Shown one piece after another: positions 12,381 to 24,175 of a stretch of 64,000 nucleotides of DNA. The stretch lies in contig OZ316775.1 in assembly GCA_973851085.1 (NCBI GenBank), forward strand, positions 17,360,001-17,424,000, given 5' to 3'. Position 1 is the stretch's first letter; every line of letters begins with the position of its first letter. The notes under the pieces were generated by a model. The model searched no databases. It worked only from the letters and a program-made list of their open reading frames with translations, and was not told the DNA's origin. The position numbers were made by a program, and so were the translations under genes. Source of the stretch: Ptychomitrium polyphyllum (taxonomy: Eukaryota).

Positions 12381-13372
12381 AACTCCACCATTGTGCTTTG
12401 AGCCTTAAAAGCAGATCCTTTGATTTGGCAGTCGCGCACTTTATGTCCAGACTTGCTACAATACAAGCAGAGGTTTTTTCTTTGACGCCTTTCTTTTTCT
12501 TCTGGAGTCAAGCGTCTGAACTAAGCAGCATCAATTTGCATAGGTTTTGGTCCTTGTGGTCGACTTTCGGATACCCTTGAAGAAGTGGTAGCCATGCTTT
12601 GATGTACTGGTCGCCATCCCAAGCGTTGTTCTTAGCGCCTCTCAAATAGTCTGTTGTCACATGCTATTGCTTGAGTGATGAATTCGTCCAATGTTTCAAC
12701 TCTTGGCATTGTGAGTAGCAAATCCTTTACATTCTCTCTTAAGCCCCATCGAAATCTTGTGACCAAGGCTTTATCATTCCAATCAAGGTAGCAAGCTAAT
12801 TGTCAAAACTCTGCAGCATATGTAGCAGCTGAGCGCTGTCCTTGTTGGAGACTCTGGATCCTTGTCTCAGCCACCTTCTCTCGGTCGGTGTCTCCAAAAG
12901 TAGATGTCAATGCTTCTATAAAAGCATCTAAGTTGTTCAATAATGGTGACTGCTTCTCCATTAGTGGTGCAAACCATGATAGTGCATTGTTTGATAAAAG
13001 AGTGGCCACAAATCCGACTTGAGTAGTGCCATCAGGATAGCGAGATTGATGCAAACTAAGGAAGAGTCTTACTTGTTGAACAAAGTCTCTCAATTTCGAT
13101 CTTGATCCATCAAACTTGTCTGGCATACTAATCTTTGGCTCTGAGTGGGTTCGACGGAAATCTTCTCTTCCAATATTGGCCTCTCGCAATCGAACAACTT
13201 CTTGATATAGGCTTTGAATATCACCATTGGATTCTTCAGTTTGCCGAGTGTGTTGCTCCAAATTGTTGGTGGTATTAAAACGGGCGAGTTCCGTTTGAAC
13301 TGTGTTTAATAATTCCTGAAACTCTGCAATAGTTGCAAACCTATTTTCTGATGTTCCAGATACATCATCCAT
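12353..13372 (-). pseudogene. gag: gag with in-frame stops
   Basis: MDDVSG...PDKFDGSRSKLR...LQQGQRSAATYAAEF capsid-type motifs and a C-terminal zinc knuckle (CLYCSKSGHKVRDC). Stops at 12803 and 12632; ends TAG TAG at 12353-12358. Confidence 0.9.
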
Positions 13373-13593
13373 TTCTTAAGACTCTCAAAGACAGAAAGAG
13401 TATGAGTATCTTCAAAGGAGGAAATCCACGTACTTTGAAAAAAGTAATACTTGATTCTAGAAGGAGAAACCAACTCTATGGTGCCAGCTTAGAGGAGGGT
13501 AATCCGCAACCTCTAAAACGCTATGGAATCCTAAAGAAGATGGGTAATCCACAATCTTTTTCAAAGAACCTTAGCTCTGACAACGATGAAAAG

Positions 13594-13605
13594 TAGTCTT
13601 GCCAA
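13594..13605 (-). other. Primer-binding site complementary to the element's own LTR (putative self-priming PBS)
   Basis: Element-strand TTGGCAAGACTA, 2 nt downstream of the 5' LTR, is the exact complement of TAGTCTTGCCAA within the LTR (13741-13752). Confidence 0.75.
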
Positions 13606-13607
13606 AC

Positions 13608-14282
13608 TGTTAGGGACACAAGAAACAAGAAGCAGAAACGAAGTGTTTCCCAAGAATTAGCTTCCAAAGAGCTAATGATTAACAAGAAGTTGATACAAAG
13701 ACTAGAACAAGGTAGGATTCAAGATGATCCACATCTTGTGTTGGCAAGACTAAGGAATACCTTGTCTTGCCTCCTATTTATACTAGGACGTTTGTATCTC
13801 CTATGATACTTCTAAAGAAGCTTCCTACAAGGCTTAAGAATATTTTGGAAGTCTAAGGAACCTTCCCAAGAAGTTTTCTAAGATATTGGAACCTTCCTAA
13901 GTAGCTTCCAAGGAGTTGGAACCTTCCTAAGTAGCTTCCAAGGAGTTGGAACCTTCCTAAGTAGCTTCCAAGGAGTTGGAACCTTCCTTGGAAGTTTCCT
14001 AAGGTAGTGGAACCTTCTTAAGAAGTTTCCTGAAGCGGTAAAACCTTCCTAGGAAGTTTCCTAAGGTGATGGAAGCTTCCTAGGAAGTTTCCTAGGAAGT
14101 AACCTAAGATGATAGAGCCTTCCTAGGAAGTTTCCTAAGATGGAGGAACTTTCCTGGGAAGCTTCCTAAAAATATAAAAAAGGCTATGGAGACATCTAAA
14201 AGTATTCTAAGAAACTATTCTAGTATACTAGAAGATTCTAGAATGTTCTAAGGACTATGTTGCATGATTTATGTCCGTGACA
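13608..14282 (-). repeat. 5' LTR of family A element
   Basis: TG...CA termini; TATAAATA on the element strand at 13775-13782; 30-31-bp tandem subrepeats with TTCCTAGGAA cores in U3. Confidence 0.95.
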
Positions 14283-15082
14283 CTCAATGCTTCAAGTGCA
14301 TTGATAATGGAATTTAAGTTTGTTTCTTTTGAATCAATCACATTGACTCGTTACCCTTTGATATTGAAATATAGATAAAATTGCTATCTACGCAAGAAAC
14401 CAAAGAAAATTCAAGAAGAAATATTAGTCTAGAGGACGCTATTCCGCAATCACTAGAGTGTTTATAGTGCTTTTGAGAAAGGATGGTGATCTATTCTCTA
14501 CTAAGAAAGACCAAATTTTGATATTGTTGTATGACAATCTCAACAATTTGTTACGAATAGAATAACCACAAGACAAGGCTCTAAGATTCCAGGATGAGAA
14601 ACAAGATAAGTCCACGTATATTAGAAGTACAAAGCTACTATTAAGAAATGCATCAAAGCTAATACAACAAGCAAGAAGAGATAGCAAAGTTGCAACAAGA
14701 GAAGTATGGAGTAAGATGACTCCCACTTCCAAACTCCTTTACTTATACTTGGAAGTCATCCACCAAAGTGTGCCACTTAACGATCATGCATTTGCCTCCA
14801 CTAAATGAGTGACATGTAGCCGCAAATACAAGCCGCTGTAGCTGCCGTAGCTGCCATTCCAGCCCTCACGGCCGGCCTTATTTTAACGGCCGCCCTAACC
14901 CTAGCCGCCATACAAAACCTTTGTAGCCTTTTTTAACCCCAGCCTCCATATCCTCTATGGCCTCCTTTTTAACAACCCTTTGACCATTAGCAACCTATTA
15001 AGCTCTAGTCCTACACAAGGAAACTTCAACTAGGATCACTTTATATGTTTCATACTTTGCAACACTCCCACTTTGCTATTGG

Positions 15083-18000
15083 TCAAAGGACCTTTAATCC
15101 AATTGACCTTGTCAACAAGTGGTGTCTATCTTTTATCGGTGCTTTTGTCAACAAATCAGCAAGCATACCCTCTGTTGCACAATACCTCATATCTATCACT
15201 CCATCTTCAATCTTCTCTCTTATGAAGTGATGTTGGATGTCGATGTGCTTTGTTCGTGACTGATGCTTGGGATTCTTGGCAAAGGCACGACATCCTTGAT
15301 TGTCATACATAATGGGCGTTGCATCCATTTGGACAACTTTAGTGTCCTCTGAAAGTTGCCTTAGTCACACTGCTTCCATTGCACCATGACTTGCTGCCAT
15401 ATACTCCGCTTCCATGGTTGACCTTGCATTTGTGGGTTGCCTCTTGCAGTTCCAAGAGATGGCTTCCACTCCAACAAAGAACACGTATTCTGCAGTGGAG
15501 TGCCTATTATTTGCATCTCCAACCCAATCCGCATCACAAAATCCCTGCAACTCAACATTAGCACCTTCCAAACACAGTACAAAGTCCAAGTTGCCCTTCA
15601 AGTACCTCATGATCCTAATGATGGTTGCCTAATGCATGCAACTGGCCTTAGACATGTGTAGGCTCACAATACTCATAAAAAATGCAAGATCAAACCTTGT
15701 GACCACCATGACATACAGGAGGTACCCTACTATTGCTTTGTATGGAACGCCTTGCATTTCGCCCCTCACTTGAGCATACTCCTCATCACTTAGCTTCATC
15801 AACCTCAAGTTAGCCTCCAAGGGCGTTCCCACTAGCTTGCAGTCTTTTATGTCGAATCGCTTGAACACGTCTTCAATTTACTTCCTCTAGCTCATGGTGA
15901 TGGTCCTCTTTGCACAATATCTCACAAACTACACTCCAAGACAATAATGCAACTCACCCAAATCACTCATCTCAAACTGCAGCTCTAATTTGGCCTTCAA
16001 CCATTCTAGCTTCTCCAAAAGGTTGGCCAACATGATTAAGTCATACACATACAAAATCACAATCCACAAGAACTCCATGGTTTTCATCACATACAAGGAA
16101 TGATCCGCCTCGCATCTCACAAACCCTTCCTTTCTAAAGAATGCATCAATGCGTTGGTACCAAGCCCTTGGTGATTGCTTCAATCCGTATAAGGCCTTCT
16201 TCAACCTGCAAGCAAGGTGCTCCAAGCCTTCATGCACAAAGCTTGGAAGTTGCTCCATGTAGGTGTCTTCTTCCAAGTCTCCATTTAAAAAGGCCGTCTT
16301 CACATCCATCTAATGGACCTCCAAGTCCATTGCCGCTGCTATGGCCAAGAAGGTCCTAATGGTGGTGAACTTGGCCACTGGTGCAAATGTCTCATTGAAG
16401 TCCATACTAACAACTTGTGAGTATCTTTTGGCAATTAGTCTTGCCTTGTGCCTCACAACTGCACCCAATGCATCCCTCTTGGTTTTAAACACCCACTTGC
16501 AACCTATGAAAGAATGATTTGGAGGAAGTTGAGTCAAGTGCCATGTGCCATTGTCCATGAACAACTTATACTCCTCTTCCATGGTTTTCTCCCACTTCAT
16601 GGCATCCGTGGACTTCAAGGCATCGCACATAGTTAAAAGATCAACAAGGAGGGCAACATTGGCATGTTCTGCACTCACTTTGGAAAACATGTGGTTCTTC
16701 CACCAATCACCAGGTGCCCTCATTTCCTTCATGGAGTACCTCCTACCACTCATTGCAAGCTTGTCCTCTTGTAATGCATCCACTTCTCCTTCACTTAGAG
16801 GTTGATATTTCTCACTTGGATGAAGATGCTCACCATCATCTTGTGAGGTTCCTCGACTGGTCTTCAGGGTGGAAGTTGCCTTGCCATCCCCTTCCATTGT
16901 TCCTTCACCTCCATCCACATCTCCACCTTCTTCTTTGGTTGAAGTGGAGGATGTATTCACAATCACACCATTACTCCGACTTGAACACATCCCCAAGCGC
17001 TCACAAGCACTCTTGTAATCCAAGAACTCAACATTACGGCTCTTGATGATCTTCTTGCTTTCCACACACATCAATCTATACGCTTTTCTGCCTTCACAAT
17101 AACCAACAAACACACACTTTGTACCCTTTGCATCAAGCTTGGATTTCATGCAATCTAGAACAATTGCATATGCAAGGCATTTAAAGGTCATCATGTGTGA
17201 AACACAAGGTTTCTTATCACTGCAAGCTTCTTCAAGGGTTATAGATGCAAGGGCACTTGTGGGGCACCTATTCTTTGTGTACACCGCATTCACTACCGCT
17301 TCCGCCCACAATTCATGCCCAAGATGTTGAGCATGAAGCATACTCCTTGCCATCTCCACAATGGTGCGGTTTGCCTTCTCAGCAACTCCATTTTGTTGTG
17401 GAGTGTATGAAATGGAGGTTTGCCTTGCAATGCCTTCACTCCTCAACAAGTCATCAAAACGCTTGGATAAAAACTCACCACCATTATCCGAATGCAACAC
17501 CTTGATCTTGGATTCACATTGCTTCTCTACAAGCACCTTAAACTCTTTGAACCTTGTAAAGCATTTTCTCTTGGTTTTGAGAATGAACACCCACACTTTC
17601 CTTGAAAAATCATCAATAAAGGTGAAGAAATACCTTGCGCCCCCTATGGATGGAGTCCTCATAGGCCCGCATACGTCGGAATGCACAATCGCCAATAATG
17701 TGCTTGCTCGAATTGCCACTTCACTTGGAAACGACGCCTTTGTTGCTTGCCTTGGATGCAACCTTCACAAGCAAGTTCTTTGGCCTTGTGGCATGTTATA
17801 TCTAGATCTAAGCTGCTTACCATGCCTTAGCATTCCTTCATGGCCTTGTCATTAAGGTGCCCAAGGTGCACATGCCATATGCCAAACTTAGGTTCATCTT
17901 GAGTATATTCAGCAAAGGCCGCTACCACTCCTCTTTTCACCTTCTTACACTTGATGAAGTACAAGTTTCCATCCTTCAACGCCGTGGCAACAACATCTCC

Positions 18001-19124
18001 ACCCAATGACTTCACAACACATCCATTTAATTTGAAATGAACCACAAACCCACCCATCACAAGTTTGCTCATCGAGAAGAGGTTGGGTTTCATGTTTGGC
18101 ACATGGAGCACGTCCTTGAAGGTGATTCTTTTGGTCTTGCCTCCGACAACAATCACCACTACAATGGAACCCATTCCAATGGCCTCCACTACGCCATTGT
18201 CATCCATGAGCACACTAATGGTTGGGATTGCTTCATAAGTATGGAATGAGCACTTGTAAGGAGTCATGTGCTTTGTGGCGCCTGAATCAACTATCCACTT
18301 AGATAGGGCCGCCATAAGCGCCCCTTTGCTTGCCATGAAGGCACAATCACCACCTCGAAGGTGGTTCATTACATGGTTGGCATCCTCCTTCTCTCTTCTC
18401 TTGGCCTTGTAGTAATTTTGAACAAAATGACCTAGTTTTCTACAGAAAAAGCATGTTGCAAGATTTGGACATTGATTAGAGTAGGTGGCTTGCCTTCCCT
18501 AGAGAAGAGGGCGGAGTCATCACTTGAAGTTGCCTTCTCCTTCCTCTTGGTCTCCTCGTGGTTCAATCTTGCTGTCACATAGTCCATGGTGAGGTCCTTG
18601 ATGGGAATGGACTCCAAGGCCACTATGAGATAGCTATAGGACTCCAGCAAGCTCATGAGGAATGTAATCACCACATCCAAATCCTCCAATGGCTTGTCCA
18701 CATTGGCAAGTTGCCTTGCAAGGCCCTTCAACTTGTTGACATGCACCATGAGGTCGTGCCCTTCTTCCATCTTGCAGTTCAAGAACTTCTTCCTTGTGAA
18801 GTTGATGTTGGAGAGGTTCTTGCTCTCATAGATGTTGCAAGGCGTCTTCCACGCTTTTATTGGTCCTTTACAAGAAATGATATGGACGAAGTTGGCATCA
18901 TCAAGGTTGATGGCGAGGATACCAAAAGCCTTTTTTTCACGACGTTGGAACTCTTTCCTTTCTTTTGCACCCGCTGACAATGGTGGAGCAACTTCACTCT
19001 CATCTATGATGTTTGAAAGGTCCAAAGAAGCCAACAAGAGCTCCATCCTAACCTTCCATAGGTAGAAGTTTTCACTATGAAACTTTTGAATGACCCTCAA
19101 AGCTTCACCTTCACTTGAAGCCAT
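15083..19124 (-). pseudogene. Copia gag-pol polyprotein, disrupted
   Basis: ORF fragments 18432-19124, 17827-18369, 16310-17761, 15929-16309, 15629-15868, 15365-15610 and 15083-15328 carry successive Copia domains separated by stops and frameshifts. Confidence 0.92.
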
Positions 19125-19558
19125 GCCTTAAGAAGAGAGGTAATAAGTGTACCTTTAAACAAACTATTTCCTTGACTTCTATGCTTTTCACAAGTCTTCA
19201 CAATTATGAGTCCAAAGACAAGCTTTTCAACTCACTATATCAACTCAATAAGCACTCTTGTCATAGAACTCACAAGAGAACAATACCAAGCACAACAAGT
19301 TGGTGATAGGGAGCTGGAATCCAACAAAAACACTATCAAGGTCTTATCATCACCCAACAAAACTCGCTATTCAAGGAGTTTCAACATCCACAACCCTACA
19401 AGAGCTTAAAAACATTAAACTAAGCACCTACATGTACAAAATCCCAAAGTTAGTCGTTTCTAACTCTATCTTTAATAACTACCAAGTGAAATTGCTCCAC
19501 ACAAGAACAACCACTACAAGCACATCAGGCTACTTTAAAAGGCACAACTAAATGTTTG

Positions 19559-19570
19559 TGGGCTCATAAC
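19559..19570 (-). other. Copia PBS complementary to the anticodon stem-loop of initiator tRNA-Met (half-tRNA primer)
   Basis: Element strand GTTATGAGCCCA directly after the 5' LTR; plus strand TGGGCTCATAAC matches the GGGCYCATAAC anticodon arm of eukaryotic tRNAiMet, not its CCA end. Confidence 0.75.
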
Positions 19571-20304
19571 TTATTGAAGAAATGCAACAAAGCTAATACA
19601 ACAAGCAAGAAGAGAGAGAAAAGTTGCAACAAGAGAAGTGTGGAGCAAGATGACTCCCACTTCCAAAATCCCTTTACTTATACTTGGGAGTCATCCACCA
19701 AAGTGTGCCATTTGGTGGCCATGCATTTGCCTCTATTAAATGAATGACATGTGGTCACAAACCCTAGCTGCCGTAGCCTTCGTAGCCGCCATTCTAACCC
19801 TAACAGCCGCCCTAATTTTAACGGCCGTCCTAACATTAGCCGCAATACAAAACCCTTGTTGCTTTTCTTAACCCTAGCCTCCATTTTATCTATGGCCTCT
19901 TTCTTGACAACCCTTAAACCATTAGCAACCTATCAAGCTCTAGTCCAACACAAGAAAACTTCCACTATGATTATTTTATATGTTTCACACTTTGCAACAC
20001 CTACAACAAAGTACAAAAGACGAGGCTAGAAGGTTTGAACTAGGCCACAAGAGATGCGTTGTTAAGACTGAAGAACTCTTTAGCCTCGATTCTTATATAT
20101 ACTAGAATTGAAAGCCTTAGAAATTTTTTGAGAAGCTTCACCAACATTGCTTTGCTTTCAAGCAACCTTGAGTTGCTTCCTTGGAAGCTTCTTAAGTCAA
20201 AACAACTTCCTTGGAAGCTTCATAAATCCAAGATAACTTCCATGGAAGCTTTTTAAATCTTCTAAGAACTTATTTGGATGCTTCTAATGTTTATGTCTGT
20301 AACA

Positions 20305-20770
20305 TGTTTCTTTTACTGCTAATTCAATACTTTGTTAATTCAAGCTTCTAAGTCTTGCTCTTTTCTAAATACTATAACTACTTCTTAAATACCCTCCTTC
20401 AATTCTTGAATTTCCTAACTAAATTGTAACAATAACTCTCTCTAATTCAAAAATTTTTATATATAGCTACGGTTCTTAAATCAACAATAATTTTTGATTA
20501 TGACTAATATTTTAAATTGAGCTGCACTTTAAACTCAGCAATAAACAAATCTAAGTTGTAGAATTCAATTTCATTTTTAAAATTCCATTTTTGCATTGGC
20601 TCTAAGTGTAATGGACCATGAACATCTGCCCACTAGCACATACTTCCTTCAATAAACAAATCAATTCAAGTTCTTTTGCCTTAACTAAACATAATCTCTT
20701 TTACAAAATTAAAATTTCTCATTTTTTTTTAAAGAAAGTCTATGATGTACTCATTCTATAATTTTAAAGC
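20305..20770. repeat. Unclassified AT-rich dispersed repeat fragment
   Basis: Shares CTTAAATACCCTCCTTCA (20384-20401 = 34721-34738) and flanking colinear blocks with ~34630-34880. Family not identified. Confidence 0.5.
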
Positions 20771-23700
20771 TCAAGTACCACGCAAGGGTGATTTGTAGCC
20801 ACTCTTCTATCAAACAATGTCTTATCGTGGTTTGTACCACTAATTGAGAAGCAGTCACCATTATTAAACAACTTAAGTGCTTTTATGGAAGCGTTGACAT
20901 CTACTTTAGAACACACCAACCAAAAAAGGGTGGCTGAAACTAGGATCCAAAGTCTACAACAAAGACAGCGCTCGGCTGCTATATATGATGCAGAGTTTTG
21001 ACAACTAGCTTACGACCTTGATTGGAACAATAAAGCCTTGGTTACACAATTCCAATGGGGCCCGAGTTAAAATGTGAAAGACTTGCTACTCACATTGCCA
21101 AAAGTTGAAACATGGGACAAATTCATCACTCAAGCAATAGCATGTGACAATAGACTATTTAAAAGGCCCCAAGAACAACGCTTGGAATGGCGACCGGTAC
21201 ATCAAAGTATGGCAACCACTTCTTCAAAAGTATTGGAAAGCCGACCACAAGGACCAAAATCTATGCAAATTATTGCTTTCCAATTTAGACGTTTGACTCT
21301 TGAAGACAAAAAAAAAAGGCGTCAAAGAAGAAACCTACATTTGTATTGTGGCAGGTTTGGACATAAAGTGCGCAATTGCCAAATCAAAGGATTTGCCTTT
21401 AAGGCTCAAAGCACAATGGTGGAATTGGAAAACGAGGCTGTCCAGTCACAATAGGGACCATACAACTGCACACTACAAGGAAACGACTATCAAATCAAGG
21501 TCTCTTACTACCTCCAACTCCTACCTCTTGCTTTATGTTTCCTATCAACATTAAATTGTTAGATGATGAAATAATTAGTGAAGCTCTTTTGGACACTGGT
21601 ACAACGGCATGCTTCATAGATAAGGATTTTGCAACGAAACGCCACATGGTGTTTGTGAACAAAAAACATCCCGCATCTGTTGAAGTCATCAATAGATGCT
21701 CTCTTGCATCTGGTAATGTTATTGAAGGACCTCAGCCCTTGGAGGTTGGTTTAGGAGACCAAGCATCTAAGATTGTCTTCAATATCATTGAATGCCGAAT
21801 AAATCCTATTGTCTTGAACCTTCCTTGGTTTGAATTACATAATCTAGATATCGATTGGCACTCACGGAGTGTGGTATCAAAGAAAAGACATAAAAAATAC
21901 AAGAAATTTTAGACCATTATTAATTGGAGGTAAGGTGTTTATGAGAGCGGCAAACTGTAAATCAATTTTTGCCATTTTTGCCACGCCATTGTCCGACTCT
22001 ATACCAAAATGTCCGACTCTATACCATTGTCCGACTCTATACTCATCAATGTTAAGATTATAAAGACGTTTTTTAGAAGAAAAATGCAGACATATTACCA
22101 AAGCATTGGCTTTACGATTGTTCCATTGAATTGCAAGAAGGAACCCAATCACCTTTTGAACCTATCCATTACCTATCACAAACCAAGTTGACTGCTTTGA
22201 GAGAATATAATGATAAAAACCTCGGAAAGGACTTCATCCAACACTCTAAATCACATGTTGGAGCACCTATTTTATTTGCAAAGAAGAAGGATGGATCATT
22301 ACGTATGTACGTGGACTATCGAGGCCTCAACAAAGTGACTTAGAAGAATTGCTATCCATTACCATTAATCTCAGGACTCCTACAGCAACTTGGTCAAGCA
22401 AAGATATTCACTAAGATTGATCTTAAACAAGCCTATAATCTTGTACGCATCAAAAAAAGAAATAAATGGAAGACAACTTTTCAATCCGGGTATGGTCAAT
22501 TTGAATACAATGTCATGCCTTTTGGCCTTACTAATGCCCCTACAGTCTTCCAACACATGATAAATGATATCTTCCATGAACACTTGGACGGTTTTGTAGT
22601 CATCTACTTGGATGACATTTTGATGTATTCAAAGGATGAATAAGACCACAAATGTCATGTACGATTGGTCTTAGAAAAACTATGCCAGTGAGGATTATAT
22701 GCCAAATTGAAGAAGTGCCTTTTCTATGAATCCTCGGATGATTTTTTAAGCTACATCATCTCCAAAGGAAGAATCCATATGGATGAGAAGAAAGTAAGCA
22801 CTGTCATGAAAAAGGAGTACGTTAAAATCAATTTAAAGTGTGCAATGCTTCCTGGGATTTGCAAATTTTTGTAGGATATTCATCAAGGCTTATTCCAAGA
22901 TTGCAACACCACCGACGCAACTCACGATGAAGCAAAAGTTTACTTGAAATGAAGAAACAAAGAGAGCATTTCAAGGTCTTAAGAAGTTATTCACGTTGGC
23001 TCTAATCTTTATTCATTCAAATCCATCAAAGTCTTTTTATTTGGAAACGAATGCCTCAAATTTTGCGCTTCGTTTAGTACTGTCACAATATGATGAAGAC
23101 GGGAAATTCCATCCTATTGTTTTTTATTCAAGGAAGTTCTCAGCTACAGAGATCAACTATGATATACATAATAAAGAGTTACTTGCAATTGTGGATGCAT
23201 TTGAGGAATGGCGACACTTATTGGAAGGAGCTCAACATACTATTTTGATATATACAAACTACAAGAATATGGAGTACTTCATGAGTGTGCGAGTTCTAAA
23301 TTGCCGTCCACCAAGGTAGAGTATGTTGCCTTCCAAATTTGACTTTATCATTGCTTATTGACCTAGTAGCCTAAAAAGTGAGCTAGATGTCTTATGTCAA
23401 AGGTCTTATTTAACTCTTCAACCTAAAGATGATGTTTTGGATCAATAAAGGACTATTTTATTGAAGCCACAAAATCTTCAACTAAAAGCAGCGATTATTA
23501 CGACAACATTCCATCTTGACGACATTTGGAGGGCTTTGAAAAATGATTTTTTTGTTTCAAATATAAAAAAACGCCTCAAAGACAACGGAAATCTTTCAAA
23601 TGACAATGAGGACTGTATATTCCAAGAAGGCCTGCTTTATTATAAAGGATTTTTGTACCTACTTCCAAGTCCTATACGATTGAAGATCCTTCAAGTACGT

Positions 23701-24175
23701 CATAATTTTCCAACAATAGGGCATATTGGATTCATCAAAACAATGGAATCAATTGTTAGAGAATATTGGTAGTCGCAAATGTAGAAATACGTGAAGGATT
23801 TTGTTTGATCATGCAACACTTGCGTAAGGGCCAAGATATCAAGACACCAACCTCATGGTCTCTTCCATCCGCTTCTAGTGCCAAAGGATTCATGGTTGTC
23901 ATTATCATTGGATTTTATCACGGATCTTCCAAATTCCGATTTTAAGGATTCTGTTTTGGTACTAGTGGATAGGTTTACCAAGATGGCACATTTCATTCCA
24001 TGCAACAAGAAGATAATGAGAGGAGAAATTGCCAGGTTGTTTTTACATCACGTCTACTGTATACATGGATTACCAGATGATATTGTATGTGATCGAGGGA
24101 CGCAATTCATTTCCAACTTTTGAAAGGTTATCATCTAGCTATTGCGCGTGAAGATCAATCTTTGTTCAGCACACC

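Larger units (their letters stand above)
7550..14282 (-). mobile_element. Full-length chromoviral Ty3/Gypsy LTR retrotransposon (family A, Tcn1-like), coding-defective
   Basis: Two LTRs with TG...CA termini (7550-8213, 13608-14282), perfect 5-bp TSD CTCAA (7545-7549, 14283-14287), PPT next to the left LTR, and gag-PR-RT-RH-INT-chromodomain order on the minus strand. Confidence 0.97.
14639..19999 (-). mobile_element. Full-length, decayed Ty1/Copia LTR retrotransposon
   Basis: LTRs 14639-15064 and 19572-19999, visibly diverged. TSD GCTAC/CCTAC (1 mismatch). PPT complement CTCCCACTTT at 15065. Domain order gag, PR (WIVDSGATKHM), INT (HSDVCGP, SDNGGEF, QQNGVAE), RT (MDVKTAFLNG), RH (GFCDADW). 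Confidence 0.95.
14549..20304 (-). repeat. Family B LTR split by the Copia insertion (pieces 14549-14638 and 20000-20304)
   Basis: Joining the two pieces reconstitutes sequence colinear with window positions 1-465 (GTATATTAGA..CTAC|AACAA.GTACAAAAGACGAGGC); termini TGTTAC...GTAACA. Confidence 0.75.

Noticed and set aside
14544..20309. Family B LTR as a clean solo LTR
   Set aside because: Flanks CAATT and TGTTT do not form a target-site duplication, so solo status is unsupported.
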